Assembly (NCBI GenBank): GCA_041492755.1 | Contig: JBGPXN010000110.1 | Span: 1-14,140 of the forward strand | Direction: 5' to 3' | DNA length: 14,140 bases | From: Candidatus Methylomirabilia bacterium | Lineage (GTDB): Bacteria; Methylomirabilota; Methylomirabilia; Rokubacteriales; CSP1-6 | Part shown: in pieces, positions 8,914 to 14,140 of the stretch | How positions within the stretch are numbered: the first letter of the stretch is position 1 | Layout of the letters: each line of letters begins with the position of its first letter | The notes under the pieces: generated by a model | The model's database searches: none | Told to the model about the DNA's origin: nothing | Seen by the model: only the letters and a program-made list of their open reading frames with translations | Position numbers and translations under genes: made by a program

Positions 8914-9030
8914 TCAGCGGGTCTTGGCGGCCGGCGCCGTCGGACAGGCCTTGTGGTACCAGATAGAGCCGAGCTTTACGTGGTTGCCATTCCGGCGGAT
9001 TCGCAATTTGCACTTCGGACAGGTCCCCAT
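8914..9030 (-). CDS. 38-aa zinc-finger microprotein (CxxC-x18-HxxC, half-LIM-like)
   Basis: AAGGAG RBS upstream of ATG 9030. Translation MGTCPKCKLRIRRNGNHVKLGSIWYHKACPTAPAAKTR. TATAAT on the same strand at 9095-9100. Hidden at the 3' end of the spurious 8914..9465 ORF. Confidence 0.8.
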   Translation of the reverse strand: MGTCPKCKLRIRRNGNHVKLGSIWYHKACPTAPAAKTR

Positions 9031-9093
9031 GTTCCGGCTATCTCCTTCGAGGGTGGGTAGGTGCCGCGGCACACGTCTTGAACCGGCACCGCG

Positions 9094-9100
9094 TATTATA
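9094..9100. promoter_or_regulatory. Overlapping bidirectional -10 elements
   Basis: TATTATA reads TATTAT on + (9094-9099) and TATAAT on - (9100-9095), between divergent genes. Confidence 0.6.
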
Positions 9101-9114
9101 CAGAGCGCGTCATC

Positions 9115-9453
9115 ATGACCGACTGCCTCTTCTGCCGCATCGTCCGGCGTGACACTCCCGCCGATATCGAGTACGAGGACGCGGACGTCCTTGCCTTCAA
9201 GGACATCTACCCCAAGGCGCCCGTGCACCTGCTCATCATTCCGAAACGGCACATCGCGAGCGTGGCCGAAATGGATGCCGGCGACACCGACGTGCTCGGA
9301 CGCTGCCTGCTCGCGGCCCGCCGGATCGGCGAGGCCAAGGGCTTCGCCGAGCGCGGCTATCGCGTCGCCGTGCATTGCGGCCCCGAGGGAGGTCAGCAGG
9401 TCTACCACATCCACTTCCATTTCCTCGCCGGTCGGCGTACCGCCAACGCCTAG
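9115..9453 (+). CDS. hinT: HIT-family nucleoside phosphoramidase (Hint/PKCI-like)
   Basis: DCLFCRIV, LAFKDIYPKAPVHLLIIPKRH and GGQQVYHIHFHFLAGR (histidine triad HxHxH). Confidence 0.95.
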   Translation: MTDCLFCRIVRRDTPADIEYEDADVLAFKDIYPKAPVHLLIIPKRHIASVAEMDAGDTDVLGRCLLAARRIGEAKGFAERGYRVAVHCGPEGGQQVYHIHFHFLAGRRTANA

Positions 9454-9576
9454 CGGGATGCGCAAACGAGGTCATTCAGTTGCCATGCCTGGCCATCATG
9501 GAAGTGGAAGAGCCCTTCGTGCACGAACGGTCGGCCGCTTCCTCCCACGCCGAGAAGGTCGTTGGCGGCGGCCGGG

Positions 9577-11112
9577 TCAGGTCTTTGCCTCCAGCGGTAA
9601 CCCGGCGCTTGCCCACGCGGCGAGGCCGCCGTGGAGGATCCGCACGTTGGCGTAACCCATCGCTCTCAGCAGATGCGCCACCCGGGCGCTCGTTTGCTCA
9701 TTCGGTCACGAGCAATATGCGACAACCGGACGGTCTGGCTCGATGGCGAGTGACGTCACGCCCGTCTCGAGATCGTCGGGTGAGATGTGCACTGCGCGGG
9801 GCAGCCGGACGGGGCTGCGCGCGTACGTCGCATCGTCGCGCGCGTCGATGATGAGCGGTGGTGCTTCCGACTCCAACAGCGCGGCGACGGCCGCGGGCCG
9901 GATCCGGAATCGATTGCGGGCTCGTCGAATCTTGGCCGTGATCGCCACCGCGATCGCGCCCGTGAGCCCGGCGATGACACCGCCCGTGAACCAGATCCGT
10001 CGGGTGGACGTGGTCGTCTCCCGCAGCCGCTCGTTTTCTGCCATGACCCTGGCGACGTCCGGAAGGCCGGGGAGGAGTCGTTCGACCTCGGTGAAGTGAC
10101 GGGTGGCATCGGAGTGGCGGCCGGCGAAGAAGGCCTCGAGCCCCGCACGCCAGGCGGTGTTGAACCGGCTCGGCGTCCGGACCTCGACCGCGGTGCCCGC
10201 GAGAAAATCGCGCACGTCGGCGACGGGAACGAGGAAGTTGAAGCCCTGAGCGATTTCGCTGGTGTCGGCGTCCGGCGTTCCCGTGAACGCCAGCATCCCC
10301 ACCACGCGACCTTGAGCGTCCACTGCCGGTCCGCCACTGCTGCCCCACGCTGGCGCGTCGGTCTGGATTAAGGCACGGCCGGTGCGGTCCTGGCGGAATC
10401 CGGACACCGCGCCGGTCGTGACCGACGGTTCGGGCGGGGCGGAGCGGTCGAGTAACTCGTGCCCGAGAACGACCGCGGGGTAAGCCACCACGCGTATGGG
10501 GTCACCCAGCTTGAGCCTGGTCGAGTCACCGAGCGGGAGCACGGGTGCGTTGGGGATCACCACCCTCAATAGGGCGAGGTCTTGCACCGCCGGTGCTCCA
10601 GCCTCGGCCAGGGCGGGCTTCGCGATGGTCGCCGGGAGCCGGGTACCGTTCGCGAGCACGATCGTGACGCTCGGCTCCAGCGTCACGCGGGCGGTACGTC
10701 GGGCGGCTGACACCAGCGCTCGCGTGGTCTCTTCGACGAGTTGCGGATCCTGGGACAGCTCGGCGCCAACTGCTGACGGGAAGGTGGGCAGGCAGGCCGA
10801 TCGTACGGCACGCTCCAACTGCTGATCGCGCAGCCAACCGGGAGACCTGACGGCCGCATCGACCGTACTGGCGCTGGTGACGACCGAACCGTCGGCGGCG
10901 ACGAACCATCCGGTCCCGGTTTCCCTGAATGGCTGCGGGGTGACATCGATCTTCCGCCCGGAGCCGCAGTCCAGGCGCACGTGGGATCCCACTTCCGTGA
11001 CAACGAGGACGACGGCTGGTCGTATCAGCAGCAGGGTTTCCTGGATAGACGGCTGAGCTGTGGCTACAAGCGAAGTCAGGCAGAGAACGAGCGCACCGAC
11101 GAGAGTTCGCAT
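9577..11112 (-). CDS. Probable selenoprotein: exported trypsin-fold (pseudo)protease + TPR-like helices + TM + cytoplasmic rhodanese with Sec (511 aa, U469)
   Basis: ATG 11112 with signal peptide. HtrA/trypsin-like motifs GTGWFV, DLALLRV and IQTDAPAWGSSGGP. TM at about 9928-9996. Rhodanese PLIIDAR...VVAYCS-[TGA 9706-9708]-PNEQTSARVAHLLRAMGYANVRILHGGLAAWASAGLPLEAKT, stop 9577-9579. Confidence 0.8.
9668..9698 (-). other. Putative bacterial SECIS hairpin
   Basis: After the UGA the mRNA reads AGCA-AAC-GA-GCGCC-[CGGGU]-GGCGC-A-UC-UGCU. The apical loop starts 21 nt after the UGA with G at loop position 2, consistent with the general bacterial SECIS model. Confidence 0.65.
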
Positions 11113-11119
11113 CCCAGGT

Positions 11120-11125
11120 ATTGTA
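11120..11125 (-). promoter_or_regulatory. -10 element of a probably leaderless transcript
   Basis: TACAAT 7 nt upstream of ATG 11112; no SD sequence. Confidence 0.55.
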
Positions 11126-11132
11126 AGCAACC

Positions 11133-11171
11133 AAAAAGCGAGAGGCCCCAGGGCGTGAACCCTGGGGCCTC
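11133..11171 (-). terminator. Rho-independent terminator of the repeat-protein gene
   Basis: Perfect 12-bp stem GAGGCCCCAGGG/CCCTGGGGCCTC (11142-11153/11160-11171) with a 6-nt loop, followed on the - strand by TCGCTTTTT. Confidence 0.85.
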
Positions 11172-11200
11172 CGTTTGAGCCGGCTATGGCTCGACTACGT

Positions 11201-12130
11201 CTACTTTAGAATCGCGATCGCGGAGTCGGCCTTTTCCTTGGCCGTCTTCATGTCGCCGGACTTGCACGCGGCCTCGGCTTCCTTGATCAGGGTCGATGCC
11301 TTGGTGATCTCGCCACCGCTAGCCTTGGCGCCAGCGAGAGACCGCGGAGCCTGCACGTCCTGACCACGGGGGGCCTGAACATCCTGACCACGCGGGGCCT
11401 GAACATCCTGACCACGCGGGGCCTGAACGTCCTGACCACGCGGGGCCTGAACGTCCTGACCACGGGGGGCCTGAACATCCTGACCACGCGGCGCCTGCAC
11501 GTCCTGACCACGGGGCGCCTGAACATCCTGACCACGAGCGCCGGCGAGAGAGCGCGGCGCCTGAACATCCTGACCACGCGGAGCCTGCACGTCCTGACCG
11601 CGACCGGCCTGGACGTCCTTACCACGCGGCGCCTGAACATCCTGACCGCGCGGAGCCTGTACGTCTTGACCACGCGGCGCCTGTACATCCTGACCGCGAC
11701 CGGCCTGGACATCCTTACCTCGCGGCGCCTGCACGTCCTGACCGCGCGGAGCCTGTACGTCTTGACCGCGCGGAGCCTGTACGTCTTGACCACGCGGCGC
11801 CTGGACATCCTGACCGCGACCAGCCTGCACGTCCGAACCGCGCGCGCCGGCGAGCGACCGCGGCGCCTGAACGTCCTGACCGCGACCGGCCTGGACGTCC
11901 TTACCACGCGGCGCCTGGACATCCTGACCGCGACCAGCCTGCACGTCCGAACCGCGCGCGCCGGCGAGCGACCGCGGCGCCTGGACGTCCTGGCCCTTAC
12001 CTGCCGTCTTCTTCGTCAGCATCTGCTTCGCCTGCGTGATCTCCGCAGGGCACGTGGTTTGGGCGTCTGCCATCGGCGTGAAGGCGACAACCATTGCCAC
12101 GCTCATGAGGGTTGCAAACAGTCGCTTCAT
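11201..12130 (-). CDS. Secreted tandem-octapeptide-repeat protein (309 aa)
   Basis: RBS GGAGGAG before ATG 12130. Signal peptide ending ADA-Q. N-terminal TTCPAEITQAKQML and C-terminal helical EAEAACKSGDMKTAKEKADSAIAILK flank the repeat array. Confidence 0.9.
   Translation of the reverse strand: MKRLFATLMSVAMVVAFTPMADAQTTCPAEITQAKQMLTKKTAGKGQDVQAPRSLAGARGSDVQAGRGQDVQAPRGKDVQAGRGQDVQAPRSLAGARGSDVQAGRGQDVQAPRGQDVQAPRGQDVQAPRGQDVQAPRGKDVQAGRGQDVQAPRGQDVQAPRGQDVQAPRGKDVQAGRGQDVQAPRGQDVQAPRSLAGARGQDVQAPRGQDVQAPRGQDVQAPRGQDVQAPRGQDVQAPRGQDVQAPRGQDVQAPRGQDVQAPRSLAGAKASGGEITKASTLIKEAEAACKSGDMKTAKEKADSAIAILK
11324..11995 (-). repeat. Coding tandem repeat: 25 x 24-nt units (G[Q/S/K]DVQA[P/G]R) with 4 x 18-nt SLAGA[R/K] units
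   Basis: Counted from the translation and checked against protein length. Nucleotide differences between units are mostly synonymous third-position changes. Confidence 0.95.
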
Positions 12131-12244
12131 TGCTCCTCCATCCTTTGTGTCTACGGTACGTTCACTTCTCGACTTCGGCATCCCCGTCTCCGCTCGACCG
12201 GCATCCGCCTCGGCGGGTGCCCCAACTCTCGGGTCTCTCTAGGG

Positions 12245-12259
12245 GCAAGGTGGGTGCCA
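12245..12259 (-). promoter_or_regulatory. Sigma-54 (-24/-12) promoter
   Basis: Minus strand TGGCAC-CCACC-TTGC matches TGGCAC-N5-TTGC exactly. It lies about 115 nt upstream of ATG 12130, with an AT-rich tract at 12261-12310 just upstream. Confidence 0.8.
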
Positions 12260-12436
12260 AGACGAACAATGTCGTAAATGCTCTATCATTCAGCTATATA
12301 CGAATAGAATCCGGGATCACCGGGCGGCGTTGTGCCCGATGGCCGGGCGCGGGTGGGGCCGGCATTCTGCCCGTCTCCAGACCAGCCCGCGGTACTGCCG
12401 GGAGCCCTTCCATCGCATGGTACGCTGAGGCCGCTC

Positions 12437-13786
12437 ATGCGGCCCTCGACGCGCACCGTCGCGACGGTGCTCCTTCTAGCTCTTCTATCCGTTACGACGC
12501 TCGGCGCCTGCTCCGTTGCCGGGACCTCGACCCCGTCCCGCCCGGCGGTTGCTCGCCCGAATCGCTATGTCTTGCCCAATGGCGTTCGAGTCGTCATCCA
12601 AGAACATCGCGCCAGCGACGTCGTTGCGCTCCAGCTCTGGGTGAAAGCGGGCGGCCGCGACGAAAGCGTCAACGAGCTCGGCCTCGCCCATTACCTCGAG
12701 CACATGCTCTTCAAGGGCACGACGGCGCGGCCGGGAGGGTTCATCGACCGCGAGGTCGAGGGTGTAGGTGGCCGGATGAACGCGGGGACATCGCTCGACT
12801 ACACGTACTACCACATGCTGCTGCCCGCCTCGCGCGCGCGCAACGGTATCGAAACGCTGGCCGACATCAGCATGAACGCGAGCCTCGAAGACAGTGCGCT
12901 CGGGCGCGAGAAAAAAGTCGTGCTCGAGGAGATGCGGCTCGGTGAGGACAGTCCGAACCGGTCGCTCTTCCGGCGACTCTACGAGGTCGGGTTCGACGGT
13001 CACCCGTACGGCCGGCCCGTCATCGGTCGTCTCGAGCTCATCCGAGCGCTCACCCGCGATCAACTGCTCGGATTCTATCGCCGCCACTACAGCCCGGAAG
13101 GATTCACCCTGGTGGCGGTGGGCGCCGTCGATCCGTCCGAGACGCTCGCAGTCGCGCGTGAAACGTTCGGTCGCCTGCCCCGTGGCGCCGGGCGTCGGCT
13201 GCCGGCGCCCGCGGTACCGGCGATGCGGGAGGCGCGTAGCGAGCAGACCCGCCCGGGAACCCAGGCCTACCTCGGCATGGCATGGCACGCGCCGCGCATC
13301 GATCACGCTGACACGCCGGCCGTGGATCTGCTCGTCTCCATTCTCGGCCAGACTCGAACGTCACGGCTCACGCAGACGCTCCGCGAGCGGATGGGCCTGG
13401 TGAACTCGATCAATGCCGGGTACTCCGCGCTGGAGGCAGGCGGGCTGGTGACGGTCAGCGCCCAGCTGGAGGCACGGAATCTTGCGCAGGTTGAGGCAGA
13501 GATCATCAAGGAGCTTCGCCGGCTCGGTGCGGAAGGCGTCTCGGAGGCTGAACGTGTCCGCGCCGTCGGTCTGGCGGAAGCGCGGCGTGAATTCCAGACC
13601 GAGACGGCGGAGGGCCGCGCGTGGCTGTATGGTCGCGCCGAGACCGTCTGGCGATTGGAGGACGAAATCGCCTACGTCGATCGGCTGGCGGCGGTGACGC
13701 CCGAGCAGATTCGTGCCGTTGCGCGGCGATATCTCGATCCGGATCGCTACGCGCGAGTGGCGTTCGTGCCGGCGGGCGCCCAGTGA
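12437..13786 (+). CDS. M16 (pitrilysin/insulinase-family) zinc metallopeptidase, catalytic subunit, predicted lipoprotein
   Basis: Probable start ATG 12437. Lipobox LGA-C; YVLPNG; inverted zinc motif GLAHYLEHMLFKGT; MNAGTSLDYTYY; REKKVVLEE; HPYGRPVIG; SRL..LRERMGLV. Confidence 0.92.
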   Translation: MRPSTRTVATVLLLALLSVTTLGACSVAGTSTPSRPAVARPNRYVLPNGVRVVIQEHRASDVVALQLWVKAGGRDESVNELGLAHYLEHMLFKGTTARPGGFIDREVEGVGGRMNAGTSLDYTYYHMLLPASRARNGIETLADISMNASLEDSALGREKKVVLEEMRLGEDSPNRSLFRRLYEVGFDGHPYGRPVIGRLELIRALTRDQLLGFYRRHYSPEGFTLVAVGAVDPSETLAVARETFGRLPRGAGRRLPAPAVPAMREARSEQTRPGTQAYLGMAWHAPRIDHADTPAVDLLVSILGQTRTSRLTQTLRERMGLVNSINAGYSALEAGGLVTVSAQLEARNLAQVEAEIIKELRRLGAEGVSEAERVRAVGLAEARREFQTETAEGRAWLYGRAETVWRLEDEIAYVDRLAAVTPEQIRAVARRYLDPDRYARVAFVPAGAQ

Positions 13787-14140
13787 CACGGGCCGTCCTC
13801 GTCGCTCTCGCAACGATCCTGGCGGCCATGGGGTCGCCCGTGTCGCCTGCGGCTGCCGCGGATCCCACCGCCCGCCGGGCGGCGGTTATCCGTCACGTAC
13901 TCCCCAACGGCATGACACTGCTCGTGCGCGAGAGCGGGGCGGCGGCGGTCGTGGCAGCCTCGCTCATCGTCCGGACCGGCTCGAGGGACGAGACCGCTGA
14001 CACCGCAGGGATCACGAATTTCCTGCATCGGGTCCTGGTCCGGGGGACCAGTCAGCGAACGGCGCGTCAACTTGCGGAGGCGGCGGAAGACATCGGCGGC
14101 AGTCTCGATGCGTCCGGCGAAGTCGAGTACGCGGAGGTGC
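13783..14140 (+). CDS. M16-family non-catalytic partner subunit (5' part; runs off the window)
   Basis: GTGA overlap. MTRAVLVALATILAAMGSPVSPAAAA signal-like N-terminus; HVLPNGMTLLVRE; GSRDE; GITNFLHRVLVRGT in place of HxxEH. Open to the window end. Confidence 0.85.
   Translation, partial: MTRAVLVALATILAAMGSPVSPAAAADPTARRAAVIRHVLPNGMTLLVRESGAAAVVAASLIVRTGSRDETADTAGITNFLHRVLVRGTSQRTARQLAEAAEDIGGSLDASGEVEYAEV

Noticed and set aside
7840..9100. Genomic island or prophage integrated at tRNA-Ala
   Set aside because: No integrase, no duplicate of the tRNA 3' end seen in the window, and no obvious compositional shift.
9454..9576. Small ORF or operator in the convergent gap, including palindrome TTCGTGCACGAA (9516-9527)
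   Set aside because: No convincing start, RBS or motif. A single 12-bp palindrome between convergent genes is weak evidence.
9577..11112. Calling the protease-rhodanese gene a simple pseudogene or DegP/HtrA
   Set aside because: No frameshifts. The only stop is a UGA at a Cys-equivalent position with a hairpin and intact downstream motifs. No PDZ domain and no catalytic His, so it is not a standard HtrA. Decay cannot be wholly excluded without homologs.
11324..11995. Possible CRISPR array
   Set aside because: Units are contiguous 24-nt codon-phased repeats with synonymous variation and no unique spacers, inside a gene with RBS and signal peptide. No cas genes in the window.
11287..12277. Alternative-frame ORFs across the repeat (11287..11922 -, 11666..12277 +)
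   Set aside because: Open only because a stop-free repeat unit is reiterated. Conservation is in the GQDVQAPR frame.

Overview
High-GC bacterial chromosomal window. The gene content and the G/C-run repeat at the left end suggest a Methylomirabilota/'Ca. Rokubacteria'-like organism; this is inference only. The left half holds a small, apparently sigma-54-driven exported protein, then a tightly coupled + strand operon: XdhC-family Moco chaperone, molybdopterin-binding protein, SufU-like protein, SufS-type cysteine desulfurase, ureohydrolase, NfeD and SPFH/slipin. tRNA-Ala(CGC) follows. The middle has several small minus-strand genes, including an uncalled 38-aa CxxC-x18-HxxC (half-LIM-like) zinc-finger microprotein, divergent from a HIT hydrolase. 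The right half is the most unusual part. (1) A minus-strand membrane protein has a signal peptide, a trypsin-fold domain lacking the catalytic His, TPR-like helices, a TM segment and a cytoplasmic rhodanese domain. Its apparent UGA stop at 9706-9708 lies in the rhodanese active-site loop (YCS-U-PNE), is followed by a SECIS-like hairpin, and precedes 42 more codons that complete the fold, so it is a probable selenoprotein. (2) Just upstream is a sigma-54-driven secreted protein with 25 tandem GxDVQA(P/G)R octapeptides between two Cys-bearing helical segments. (3) Divergent from that is an exported M16 metallopeptidase pair. Together these may form an undescribed peptide-processing and sensing module (hypothesis).
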